The notes under the pieces are model-generated. The model ran no database searches. It saw only the letters and a program-made list of their open reading frames with translations, and was not told the origin of the DNA. Positions 1-13,130 of a DNA stretch of 64,000 nt are shown here, piece by piece (the first letter of the stretch is position 1; each line of letters begins with the position of its first letter). A program made the translations under genes and the position numbers. The stretch is from Octopus vulgaris (Eukaryota), in NCBI GenBank assembly GCA_951406725.2, contig OX597814.1, forward strand, positions 46,190,001 through 46,254,000, written 5' to 3'.

Positions 1-1893
1 CAACTCAATCCAATATGAATGTTAGATTCAGAAATTGAGATTCATTTTGTCTTTCTCCCTATTTTCTTGTAAGCATAGTATTTTAAGAAGCAGTATCAAT
101 TCTAAAATATTTTATAGCTATTCACATAAAGAAATATATGAAACAGCTGGTTTAATTTCAGGGAAATTTAGTTTAGTCTTAGTTGTAGCTAATATAATAC
201 TGAAAGTACATAGGCACATTTAGTCATATGTAATATCATAATATGAATGTAAACTAATTTATATACCTAAAAATTGAAGTAGCATTGGAATAAGAAAATA
301 AATATATCCACAATATTTAACAGAAAGCATTTCTTTTTTTACACATGGGAATTTTGACTGGCAATTGTTGGTGCTGTCACCCACTGTTGCTTTTGGAATA
401 AGAAATGTAAAGAAAGAGTTTAAGAAATAGAAGGTAGGGAGAATTTCCACTCAAGAGCAATGAATCCATATACTTGTTATATTTAAAATAAGGAGCATAT
501 TGGTTTCAAGCTTTTGAAAACTTGTAAATTATATTCTTTAATTTAATTGAAAAGTGACTAGAAAAATATCCTGAAATGTTTTAATTCACATTATTTTAAT
601 ATTTTACTCCTATCTTTTAAGCTTTCAGTATATTGCTATCAATGAAGCTCAGGGAAACAAGTAAAAGAAGGAATGAATTGAAAAATATTCAACCTTTTTA
701 TAAGATATACTTTAAGATTTAAAAAAAAAATTTTAATGAAACAAAAATTACTAAAATAGACATTCAAATCTGTGAATGAATTTGCAAATAACCATCATAG
801 ATGAATCATTAGGGACTAGATCTGATCATCTAAAATTTGCATGTTTAATATATTGATACTTTTTTGCTTATGCTTACTGTTCTGCTAATATACTATAATG
901 GTGTAAATCAAAGCTTTTAGAAAATTACCATAAAACAGTAGCAGCATTTTCTTAGCATAGAAGATTTTTTCTTATATATTTTTCAATAATTATTTCTTTT
1001 CATGTGTGTGTATGAGATAATTTTACCCATGCACACACACTCATATATATATTTACATGCATGCATGCACATACACACAAACATATATCCACTCACATCA
1101 GAAAAGGTAGAAAAATCAACATTATTGATACTTCAAAAAATTCATTTCTTCTTATAACTCTTTCAACAGTGCTCATGAGCATCTACCAACACACAGTTAT
1201 TTTAATTACCTAATATGATGTGCCATTTCATCAAGAATTTTTTCAAAATCTATAATTTAAATATGATCCTGATGAAATGATACTCACTTCATGCACGATT
1301 ACTTTTATTATGTTAAGTAATTATAATAATTAAGTTTTGAAATATCAATGATATTCTTTGTTTTTATAACTTTTCTAATGTGATTTGTTCTCACCATTCA
1401 TTATAGCCAATTATAAACTTTATGCAACATAATACTTGGTATTATTATTGCTTTGAAGTCGTAAGATATTGGAATTTAACTGAATGTTAAAAGTTGCACC
1501 CTGTAATCTTTAGATATTTCTCTTGTGCATAACCATTCATTTAGTATATTAAATACATACATCCTTACATAAACCCATGCCAGTATGGGATATGGACATT
1601 CAATGATGATGGTAATGAAATATATATATATATATATAGGAGGTTAGTATGGATAAAATAATCCAGGTGTTTATCTTAGGAAGCTGGTTATTTCTCAATA
1701 TTATTTTTATAAATACCTCCTATGAAACAATTCTATGGACAGCTATGTTATATACATTGTATAGCATGCATGGCTGAATCATTATTAACAGACATGTCTG
1801 TAGACATAATGTGAGAATAATCACCATGGAATTGTCAACCATGAAATAAAAGTATTATCATGAACACCAATCTTCAATTTATACACTCACATA

Positions 1894-2064
1894 GGCGCAG
1901 GAGTGGCTGTGTGGTAAGTAGTTTGCTTACCAACCACATGGTTCCGGGTTCATTCCCACTGTGTGGCACCTTGGGCTACTGTCTTCTACTATAGCCTTGG
2001 GTTGACCAAAGCCGTGTGTGTGGATTTGGTAGACAGAAACTGAAAGAAGCCTGTCGTATATATG

Positions 2065-2102
<38 letters not shown>

Positions 2103-2318
2103 GATATATATATATATGTGTGTATGTTTGTGTGTGTGTTTGTCCCCCCAACATCGCTTGACAACTGATGGTGGTGTGCTTATGTCCCCATAACTTAGCA
2201 GTTCAGCAAAAGAGCCTGATAGAATACGTCCTGGGGGCCGATTTTCTTGACTAAAGGCAGTGCTCCAGTATGGCTGCAGTCAAATGACTGAAACAAATAA
2301 AAAAGAAAAGAGAAAAGA
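1894..2318 (+). mobile_element. tRNA-derived SINE (family A), near full length, with internal (TA)/(TG) microsatellite
   Basis: A-box TGGCTGTGTGG, B-box GGTTCATTCCC, accttgggc core and A/G-rich tail. Homologous to 55583-55990 and 43585-43953. Confidence 0.85.
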
Positions 2319-2429
2319 CACATACACACCATTTATGCATATATATGTGTGCGTGTGTGTGTGTATAGCTGGGGTCCATGTATCTTCTCTATGGTAAGAC
2401 ACTTTTCCCTGTTCCTGTATCATACTTTA

Positions 2430-2757
2430 TTTCGATTCCCAGACCGGGCGTTGTGAGTGTTTATTGAGCGAAAACACCTAAAGCTCCACGAGGCTCCGGC
2501 AGGGATGGTGGTGATCCCTGCTGTACTCTTTCACCACAACTTTCTCTCACTCTTACTTCCTGTTTCTGTTGTACCTGTATTTCAAAGGGCTGGCCTTGTC
2601 ACTCTCTGTGTCATGCTGAATATCCCCGAGAACTGCGTTAAGGTACACGTGTCTGTGCAGTGCTCAGCCACTTACACGTTAATTTCACGAGCAGGCTGTT
2701 CCATTGATCGGATCAACCGGAACCCTCGTCGTCGTAACCGACGGAGTGCTTCCATCC
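2430..2757 (+). mobile_element. 5'-truncated SINE-like retroposon with 11-bp TSD
   Basis: Direct repeat atcatacttta at 2419-2429 and 2758-2768; begins with a B-box remnant ttcgattccc; CpG-rich. Confidence 0.7.
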
Positions 2758-3043
2758 ATCATACTTTAGCCTTTTAACACCTGACACAAAGCACCCCCGC
2801 TCAGTCAAAGCAGTTCTTGTCTTGTGACCTACTTGGCAAACTCACTAGTGCTGGTACCACAAAAAGTACCCAATACATTCTGTAAAGTGGTTGGCATTAG
2901 GAAGTGCATCAAGCTTTAGAAATCATGTCAAAGCAGATATTGGAGCTTGATGCATCCTGTAACTCAGCAGATCCTGTTAAACCTTTCAGCCCATGGCAGC
3001 ATAGAACATGGGCATTAAATAATGATAATGATGATGATTTATA

Positions 3044-3240
3044 AAACAAAACTGGAGAATCAGTTCATGAATTATGAAGTTACATCATCTTATGCATGTT
3101 ACAGTGGACATAATGGCTGAATTATGCAATCTGGGCCAGATAAGTTTTCTGGGTCTTCACTTTGTTAGAGATTCATATCAGTTGGTTATGAATCGCTGAT
3201 TTCATTACAGGATTTATGAATCATCTCTCCAGTTTTGTTT
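3044..3240. mobile_element. Old MITE-like element with ~30-bp imperfect TIRs
   Basis: aaacaaaactggaga...tctccagttttgttt inverted termini. Confidence 0.55.
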
Positions 3241-3608
3241 ATTCTATATGTATTCTGCGATCTTTCCAACTCTGGCATAGTGAAAAGAAACTTAGACATA
3301 AAACATAATTTCTCTTCAGTTTATTCTGACATACATATCAAATCTCATCATCATTTAATATCTACTATTCCATGCTTGCATGGTTCAGATGGAATTTTTT
3401 GAAGGGGATTTTCTATAGTCAGACGCCCTTTCTTTCACCAATGCTCACCTGTTTCCAAGTAAGATCATATTTTCCATGACTAGACACGTTTTTACAGAAG
3501 ATTGGAAACAAAGGATACTGCTTGCATGATGATGACATTTGTTTATAATTATCACATAAAGTCAAAGCAAGGAGACAATAACAGACACATACACACACAC
3601 ATACAAAT

Positions 3609-3643
<35 letters not shown>

Positions 3644-3654
3644 CACATACAACA

Positions 3655-3812
3655 AGCTTCTTTCAGTTCCCATTTGCCAAATCCACTCACAAGGCTTTGA
3701 TCAGCTCAGGCTAAAATAGAAGATACTTGGCTAAGATACTGTGCAGTGGGACTGAACCCAAAACCATGTGGTTAGGAAGCAAACTTCTTACCACACAACC
3801 ATGCCTGCACCT
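3655..3812 (-). mobile_element. SINE family A, 5' part
   Basis: Reverse-complement similarity to 1894-2055. Confidence 0.75.
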
Positions 3813-3825
3813 GTGTGTGTGTGTG

Positions 3826-3888
<63 letters not shown>

Positions 3889-3899
3889 CCACATATATT

Positions 3900-4805
3900 G
3901 TCATCATCATCATTATCATCATCATCATCGTCGTCGTCCTCTAACCTCCACTTTCCATGCTGGCATGGATTGGATGGTTTGACTGAGGGGTGGCAGGGCA
4001 GATGGCTGCACCAGGCTCCAATCTCATCTAGCAACGTTTCTACAGCTAGATGCCCTTCCTAACACCAACCACTCTGAGAGTATAGTGGGTACTTTTACGT
4101 GCCTCCGGTACAAGAGACAGTCATGCAGTACTGGCATCGACCATGCTTAAATGGTGCTTTTTACATGCCACCAGCATGGGAGCCAGTCAAGGGCTCTGGT
4201 GACAATCACACTTGAATGTGCTTTTTACTTGCCACCAGCATGGGACCAGTCAGGTGGCACTGGTATCAACCATGCTTGAATGATGCTTTTTACGTGCCAC
4301 CAGCACAGGTGCCAATCAGGCAATACTGTCATTGGCCACAACAATGACTTCACTTGACTCATGTCTTTGCAAGCACAGTTTATTGCCCAATGGGCCAGTT
4401 ATGCTGCACTGGCATAGGCCACGGTTAAGGTCTCACTTGGCTTGTCAGGTCTTCTCAAGCACAGCATATCTCCAAAGGTCTCGATCACTTGTCACCTCCT
4501 CCATGAGGCCCAACATTCGAAGGTCATGCTTCACCACCTCATCCTAGGTTTTCATGGGTCTACCTCTTCCACAGGTTCCCTCTACTGCTAGGATGTGACA
4601 CTTTTTCACACAGCTGTTCTCATCAATATGCAACACATGACCATACCAGTGCAATTGTCTATCTTGCACACCACATCTGATGCTTCTTATATCCAACTTT
4701 CTCTCAAGGCACTTACACTTTGTCATGTATGCACACTGACATTACACGTCCAGCAGAGCATACTAGCCTCATTCCTTGCAAGCTTATGCACATGCACAGC
4801 TTGCC
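3900..4805 (-). mobile_element. RTE-clade LINE 3' end (ORF C-terminus, 3'UTR with ~55-bp tandem units, (GAT)n tail)
   Basis: ORF 4544-4726 LHWYGHVLHID..VEGTCGRGRPMKT is the typical RTE C-terminal motif. Repeated ggtgctttttacgtgccaccagca units at 4090-4320; (cat)n at 3900-3935. Confidence 0.8.
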
Positions 4806-4883
4806 CCCCCCACACAAATGTTTACACACTTATAGCTGATAACTCACTTAATTTTCACTTTTTAGATTTAACCCATTAAACAT

Positions 4884-5670
4884 AATGAAAGAAGCCAAAC
4901 TGAGCTTGAAGAAAGGAAATTTATCCTAAGTGTAAGTTTGAAAATGTGGTTGCAGTGCAAAGACTGTTTAGGAGGGAGCTTCAAACAGCTCTATTAACAT
5001 GATTTACCACCACTTGAATTAAAGATAAGTTTGAAACACATGGACGTGTTTAGAATGTCCACAGGAATCTTTCCAGAAGACCATGGATATCAATGAGCCC
5101 GGCAAAGCAAGGAAGGGTACTGAAAATGTATTGCCAGAGGTCAAGAAAATCTATGCAGCAAGCAAGTTGTGAGATAAGAATTTCAAAATCAAGTGCCCAT
5201 CATATTTTAAAGTGCTGTCATTGTCAAAGTTACATTCCAAGAATAGTCCATGACCTCAGAGAAGATGATCCAGACCAAAGAATAAAGTTTTACGAGTGAT
5301 ACTTAGCAAGATGTCTAGAAACACACACTTTCCAACTAAGATGGTTTAAAGTGATGAAACTACATTTAAATTAAATGGTTCAATTAGCTGTCACAGTTGC
5401 ACTTACTTGGTCCATGAGAATTTGCATATTACAGAGAAACATCATGTTGATTTACCTAGAGTTACATTATGTTATAGCTTATCATCAAAAGAATTAACTG
5501 GGCCAACCTTTATTGGTGGTACTGTAATTGGTCCTTTTTACTCAAACTTGCTGTGACAATCTATGATGGCAAGCATTCAAAAAGACTGATGATATGGAGA
5601 TTATTTCCAACAAAATAGTGCATACCTACACTACTATAGTAATGTAAGGGCCTACCTTGATGATATCCTT
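4884..5670 (+). pseudogene. Degraded IS630-Tc1-mariner transposase fragment
   Basis: Frameshifted motifs EERKFI..FENVVAVQRLF, ISKSSAHHILK..YIPRIVHDLREDDPD, SDETTFKLNG and YFQQ..A..HY. Confidence 0.65.
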
Positions 5671-5689
5671 TGGGGGTCTGCAGTTGGTG

Positions 5690-6405
5690 AACCATTTTCT
5701 TCAAATAGTGGTCTTGTCCTTGTATTGTACTGAAGCAGACTCTTTTGCAAATCTAAAGAAGGCTTTAGGGTTCATCTTTCCATTTTTTTACAGCCCTGAC
5801 TTACTTCTCTACCGTCTAGAGCAGGGGTGGGCAAACATTTTTGATCGCGGGCCGCACAGTGCGTCTTTGGAACCTTGGCGGGCCTCATTTATAAAAATCA
5901 AGTGAAAATATTGTGAAAATACAGTTACGAAGTATCTGCATAGAAGTTGGGATTCATAAAAGCTCTCGGCGGGCCGCATAAAAACCTATGGCGGGCCGTA
6001 GTTTGCCCACCCCTGGTCTAGAGTTTCATCCCCGATATTTAAAATGTTCACTGCTGCTGTTATGATATTTATTTTTATCTATAATGCAAAGCATGTATTT
6101 GCTGCCCCATCCCCTGCATTTCCTGGCCTTAGCTATTATAATCCAGTTTATCTGGAATTGCTCATATTTCTCCCTTTAAGCATCCATGTCAAGTTGGATA
6201 AAGATGTTTGTTTTTTTGTTTTTATCCCTGAACGAAACCAAATATTGCATATTTCTCTCTTTGAAGGTGTTTCTCATCATTCCAATATAGTTTTTTTGTT
6301 ATTCCATTCAAATCTATAATGTTGGGCTTGTACACTAATTCTTTTTCCAAGTACCTACGGTTCAGGAGACAGCTGTTCAGAGATCTACAATTACAGGATC
6401 TTTAG
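5690..6405 (-). mobile_element. Penelope-like element relic (GIY-YIG endonuclease), interrupted by a hAT MITE
   Basis: Minus strand reads SCNCRSLNSCLL..ELVYKPNI..YIGMMRNTFKER..SFRDK..TSLSNLTWMLK..INWIII, matching the PLE CxC linker plus GIY-YIG pattern. Confidence 0.75.
5822..6015. mobile_element. hAT (Charlie-like) MITE, 194 bp
   Basis: Perfect 15-bp TIRs caggggtgggcaaac/gtttgcccacccctg, 8-bp TSD gtctagag (5814-5821 and 6016-6023), subterminal gcgggcc motifs. Confidence 0.92.
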
Positions 6406-7278
6406 GGGATATTCCTAATGTTATTTTTATTGAGGTTGAATATAATCAACCCTATATTAGAGAGGCAACTATAACTAACTTTAACTGTATTTCTATTGAA
6501 GATATTGTGGTATTCATGTGTGTGAGAGAAGTGGTTATCTATGAGTTATAGGAATTTTCTAGCTATGTTAGTGCTACATGAAAGTGCTACTACACAAAGT
6601 AGATTGACTCAGTGAAACAGGTGCTACTGTGAGAAACTATAGGAACTGAAGCTTTACTCCTTAGAAAGAAAGCATGAATAATATGCAGTGATATATATAT
6701 GGAAAATTCTGGAAGCTCTGCTCTCAACTTTGGAATTGAAAGCTATACCAACCACTGAACTAGACAGCACTGCATAGTACAGAAGTTCCCATCTTCTCCA
6801 TCTAAAACAAGGACCCTGTAGTGTAACATCTTGAGTTCTTGAGTATCAAGGGACCACAACTGTTCAACATTCTGCGAAACTATCTCAGAGATTTGTGAGG
6901 TGTTGATTTGGTGGTCTTCAAAGAGCATCAGGGCAAATTTTTATCTGAGGTAGCAGATGAACCCACGTTGTGACAGGAGATACAAAGAAGAGCAGCTCTG
7001 TCCAACTTGCTACTTCACCAGAAATAGCACAGAAAAAGTAACCTAAACACAGAAAGGTGATGCTCAAACATGGTCTCAGCTTCTGACTGAAACTGGTGAA
7101 ATATTCCTCATCATCATTTAAGTTCGTTGTCCATGCTGGCTTTGTTTGGACAGTTTGACCAGAGCTGGCAAGCTGGAAGGCTTCACCAGACTCCAGTCGG
7201 ATTTGGAATGATTTCTGTAAATGAATGAGCTTCCTAATGCCAACCACTCCTAAGAAACAACATATAAATAAATAGATA

Positions 7279-7326
<48 letters not shown>

Positions 7327-7349
7327 CACGCACACACATACACATTATC

Positions 7350-7975
7350 CATCCTCTGCCCACTCTTGTTCATCATTTTCCTCCAGGCAATAACAGAGGA
7401 ATTTAAGACAGGCTTCCCCTGGGAGCTCCTCTATGCTGATGATCTTGTTCTTATTGGGGAATCCCTACCAGAACTAGAGAAGAAGTTTCAAGTGTGGAAG
7501 CAAGGTCTATAATTGAAGGGCCTTAGAGTAAACCTTGTAAAAGCAAAGTCTTAGAAAGTAGGAAGGCAGACAAATCGCAAACCCCCTCAAGTAGATTGCC
7601 CTGCTTGATCTGTAGGAAAAGCATAGGCAGAAATTCCATAAGATGTACTCAGTGCAAACTATGGACACACAAGAGCTGCAGCAATATCAAAGGAAGGTTA
7701 ACTGGGAAAATAGGTTTTGTGTGTGGTAGGTGCACAGGTACAATAAACACTGAAAATGTACAGAAAATAGACTCCATCAAATGCCAGTGGGGTAAGATAC
7801 AAGAAGTTGATAGCTTCCATTATCTAGGTGACCAAGTCAGTAATGGAGATGGATACTGGGAGAATAAGAATAGGCTGGGCAAAGTTCAAAGAGTTCCTAC
7901 TTCTGTTTGCAACAAAGGACATCTCCCTTGGAGTGAAAGGCAAACTGTATGATGCCTGTCTGCAAATAGCTGTAC
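7350..7975 (+). pseudogene. RTE-like LINE reverse-transcriptase fragment containing a PHD finger
   Basis: PLLFIIFLQAITEEFKTGFPWELLYADDLVL (YADD at 7432-7443), then C4HC3 finger 7602-7733, then EVDSFHYLG. Confidence 0.8.
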
Positions 7976-10365
7976 AATACTCATATATCAGCACTTGCAT
8001 ATGACCACAATTAACTTCACCAATTCTACACATACTTTAGCGCATCAGCCTGTACAACTTAGCAGAGCAGCTTTTCTGAAGTTGTGTAAATGTATGTTGA
8101 TTTTTTTCATTCCTTCTCTTCTTTCCCCATTACTCCCTCCTTACATTTCCCCTTTGTAATTTTTTCTATCAAAAGAAATATTAATTTTCTGAAACATCAA
8201 ACTCAGTTTTCCTTCCTTTCGTATTTTAAACTGACACATTATTCATCATACCGTGTTATTTCTGTGGGGTTTTTTTATGTATACTTTTTTGGCTGTTTCA
8301 GTTTTACATACTACATATATACATACATATGTCCATATATATTTTTTTTTATGGTTGCCCAGTGTCAATATTTGTTTGTCTTGAAACAACGTTGCTTTTT
8401 TCAACAATTCTATTTCAAAATTTGTACACAAATTAAAAATTATCCCACAATAATGCACCAAGGAATGATAAACACACCCTTGTCTACAGACACATGCATA
8501 GTACAGAAGTACTGCAGGAATATTTTTACAGAGAAGAAATTTTCTTACACCCCCAGGAGATTATCCATGGTCATAATAATTGCAGAAATAGGTTTTGCAC
8601 TGCTTTGGATAAACTAACACTGCAGTATTGGAAAGTAATTGTCCAAGCTGACAGAACAGGACAGCTTAAAGACTGATTTAAAGCTTTTACTGTTTCAGAG
8701 GTGGCTATTCTTATTTCTAGACATCATTCTTGAAAAGAGAGACATCAGATCAGTTAGCTTAACTGAGATTTATATTATGCTCAAGATGCCTTGCAGTATT
8801 TTCTCATATTCTGAAAATGTGAGCATGGGTACATGGTAGGCACAGAAGACATGAGACATGATGCAAAAAATATTCTGACAATTATTTCTGAGGCTTCAAA
8901 ATTATAATTCAACACAGTGATACTTTCATTGTGGACTATGGTCAGCTCTTCCCTCAATTCATTATTGACATATATGACAAGACTGAATATTGTCTAAGCC
9001 AGTAATGTGCCAGCAGTCATTTTTCATTATTCTTCAAGATCACAAGCTTCTTCAGTCTTACTTTCTCTCCAGTAATCTGTGTAATTTTTAGAAACACACT
9101 AAACTGTGTCCCAATCACAGAAGTGCAACTTCACTAAGTCTGACAATTACTATCTCCACTATTTCAAAGGTGATGGAAACAGTTGTAAACAATTGCTTCT
9201 TTCATTAATTTGTGTCTTTCCTCTTCTCAGTGATCACCAGTATGATTTCCATAAAGCCTGGATTACTGGAGGTTTGCTTTCATATCATTTACTAGTAGTC
9301 TCTTGCCTTTGTGAATGCAACGTCATTATTGTTTGTGAGTGCAACATCATTATAGTTCATGATTGGCATGAACCTACCAATGTAACTTACCAACCTTGGA
9401 CTATATCTATATCTCATCTGTTGGATATCTCTAACACATACACTCAACCATCACTAACATCAAAGTTATGTTATGTGTTCCATTTTACTCATTTTTTAAA
9501 AATAAATTTCTAACATTCCTACCCTGCCTATGTTGTTCCTGTAAATATATGTCCAGAAATTAAACTGAACATGAACTGTATTATCTGGGAAGGTCTGCAA
9601 TGACATGTTCTCTTCATCTTCTGCTCTGTACAAATTATAAAAAAAAATGTTATCTTTTTGACACCTGTCACTATTAAATATGCTTACAAAATTGATTAAG
9701 CATCTTAATTACTGCAGTCATCTTATTTTGTATCAAATTTCACATAAATCTTGTGTAAAAGACTCATTTATTTTAAACATTTAGTATAAACCACTTTGTT
9801 TTTACTATTTAAATTTCCTTTTCTGACCACACCAATGTTATGACAAAAATTCTGTTTTAGCTTTTTTAAAAGTTGAATTGAACAATACAATATTGCATTT
9901 GAATTTCAAATTTGAAAGGTGTTGCATATTTGAAAATTTGAACATGAAAGATGCTTTAACATAAATATGTTATAGCATTTTATTTTTCTTAAACTAAAAT
10001 AAAATATTATACAGTTGATTGTAACAGATAGTTTGGTTCTCAAGTCCCTTCCCCCATAAAATAGTTGATTATTACTTAAAAGCAATATTGAAATACCACT
10101 AAGTAGTAAACTTCTTTCACATACATTGAAATTGTAACTGATTGTAAAGCATTACTTACCTTATTTTTGAACATTTTAATTATGAATAAAGTAACCTTTA
10201 TTTGGAAAGAGTTAATCTGTTTTCTAATTTAATTAATGTCATCTCTTTTACCAGGTACAGGCTCATAATGTTTCCAGCAGAAAATAATATAAAAGTCGTA
10301 CATCATTTCAGCATCTTTTATTATATTTTTAATATCTCTCAGTTATATTTAAATTTATTTTACAG

Positions 10366-10472
10366 AATCTCTGCAGGCAGAAGTTTCCCCAAAGAAACGT
10401 CTGGAGGATGTTATTCATCTTGCTGAATTATGCATTGAAGTGCTACAACAAAATGAAGAGCATCATGCAGAG
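10366..10472 (+). CDS. CADPS: Internal coding exon of Ca2+-dependent secretion activator (CAPS/CADPS/unc-31), 107 nt, phase 1 to phase 0
   Basis: Acceptor tttattttacag| and donor GAG|gttagt. Translates (E)[35 protein letters not shown], which matches the conserved CAPS segment P(A)[23 protein letters not shown] (recognised from family knowledge). Confidence 0.93.
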
Positions 10473-11093
10473 GTTAGTATTTAGTAGATTACTTTGCACA
10501 GTCATAATTTTATTTGAAACTATTAATGATTGTTGAGTGTATCTTTTAGTTTCATTTTTATGAATATTTTCTATAAATTGATACCAGAATTTATACAAAA
10601 ATAATTTCAGTACATATATCATTCAATAAAAATGCTTCATTCAGTAAGAACATTTTCAAAAGTTTTTAGTTAAACTACTGATTAGTAGTAAAATTAATTA
10701 TCGAGATTGGCAGATGCTGATAAACAGAAACTTTAATTTGTAAACTTTAAGTTATACATATTATGTAACTCTGATACTGACTGCGTTGCTCTCCTATTCT
10801 TATAATAAAAATATGAAATGAGTATCTATGATTAATTTTTACCAAAATATGTCTTTTTTACATGTTTCTTTTTTTTTTTAAAGTAAGAGAAAAAAGGAGA
10901 AAAAATTAGTAGTAATATTTTCATTTCTTATTGAATTTGTGTAAAAACTTAATTTGAAGTTAATCGTATTTCAAATGAAAATGGGAATATTTTTATTGAT
11001 ATATCTGTTAATAAAATTGTCTGAGTGTGTGTGTGCGTGTGTATTATTAGAATATATACATATATGTGTATTTGATAGTAAAGAAACACACAC

Positions 11094-11151
<58 letters not shown>

Positions 11152-12319
11152 GTGTATATAAACTCAAATATATATAAGAAAAAAAAACTGTGTGTATATA
11201 ATTGTTTGTGCATATAAGAATACATATGTATGTAAGAATGTATGTGAGTGTTTATGTATTTTACATAAGCTAATGACAGATTAGAATAACTCCAATAGAT
11301 GTTGATATACTGAATGATATATGCAAAAACTTAATGTTCAGCTTTTAGTTGGAGAAACAAAACTAAAAACTTAACATAGGAAAGGAAATATATTATGAAG
11401 AAATTGAGAATTCTCATGCTTAATGAAAGATCTGATGTCTGTTAGCCAAAATGCTGGCAGCATTGGATGTATTTTGGTTCTGTTTAATTGGTCAGCAAAG
11501 CATGGTTAGCATGAACTAACTTGACCAGTAGGCATAAATTTGTATTTAAAGAAAAAGGATTATGAAGACTTTTTATTTTTTGTCCATTTAATTTGCATAA
11601 TATTGAACAAAATTGAGCTAAGGGAAATAAGACAATGGCATAGATTAAGATAAGCCTTGTAGGTATTGAGTTACTGACTGATAAATGCAAAAATTTCTTT
11701 TCACTGTTCCTGCTTGCAAAATCATGTTTTCTTTCGAATATAAGAATTAAAATGTTATGAATTAATACTTTCTTAAAATAAGCCCCTCTTTTCTTTCTGA
11801 GCAACTAACAATTGCCTGCTAGGTTTTTGTTTTCTTCTTTCAAGTACATCATTCAGTACCTCAACCCCTACTTCATATGTGTGTGTGTTTCTGTATATAT
11901 GTGTTTGTGTATGTGTGCATGTGTGTGTGTGTATAATAATATATATAGTACATTCTTTTATTCTCTTACTGGTTTCTGTTGTTAAGACTGCAACCAGGCT
12001 AAGGCATTGCCTTAAGAGGTTTTTTTTATAGTAACTGCTGTACTTACTTCAGTTTGGTACTTATTTTATTGATTTCTTAAGTTCCCATTTTGATTCAATA
12101 CTGGTCTCACACACATATACACACATACACAAACATGCACACATACACAAACATGCACACACACACATACAATGGGCTTCTGAATTCTACTCTCACTAGA
12201 ATCCACACTCAATGTGTTAATCAACCCTGACTATAGTTGAAGGTACTTGTCCTGTATGCTTGCGATGAAAACTTTATCATGATTCTACACTTGTGTGCAT
12301 GTGTATGTGAATTTGTATG

Positions 12320-12382
12320 TATATATATATATATATTTGCATATATACAAATATATATATATATATATATATTGCATATATG

Positions 12383-12460
<78 letters not shown>

Positions 12461-12467
12461 CATATAT

Positions 12468-12529
<62 letters not shown>

Positions 12530-13094
12530 TTGCATATATACAAATATATATATATATATATATTTGCATATATACAAATATATATATATATATATATTTG
12601 CATATATACAAATATATATATATATATATATATATATTGCATATATACAAATATATATATATATATATATTTGCATATATACAAATATATATATATATAT
12701 ATATATTTTGCATATATACAAATATATATATATATATATATTTGCATATATACAAATATAAATATATATATATATTTACATATATACAAATATAAATATA
12801 TATATATATATATTTGCATATATACAAATATATATATATATGTATATATTTGTATATATATATATGTATATACATGTATATATGTATATATTTGTGTATA
12901 TATATTTATATGTATATATTTGTATATATATATATATATATATTTGTATATGTATATATTTGTATATGTATATATATGTATATGTATATATGTATATGTG
13001 TATATTTGTAAATATATATATGTGTATATTTGTAAATATATATATGTGTATATTTGTAAATATATATATGTATGTATTTGTATATATATGTGGG

Positions 13095-13130
<36 letters not shown>
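12320..13130. repeat. Compound (TA)n microsatellite with higher-order unit TTGCATATATACAA(AT)n
   Basis: About ten copies of tgcatatatacaaa separated by variable (TA)n in 12335-12830. Confidence 0.9.

Noticed and set aside
4090-4320. Repeat-spacer-like array (CRISPR-like)
   Set aside because: Eukaryotic LINE 3'UTR tandem units, also present at 38320-38480; no cas genes.
10202-10426. 74-aa ORF overlapping the CADPS exon
   Set aside because: Wrong frame; the conserved peptide is in another frame bounded by splice sites.
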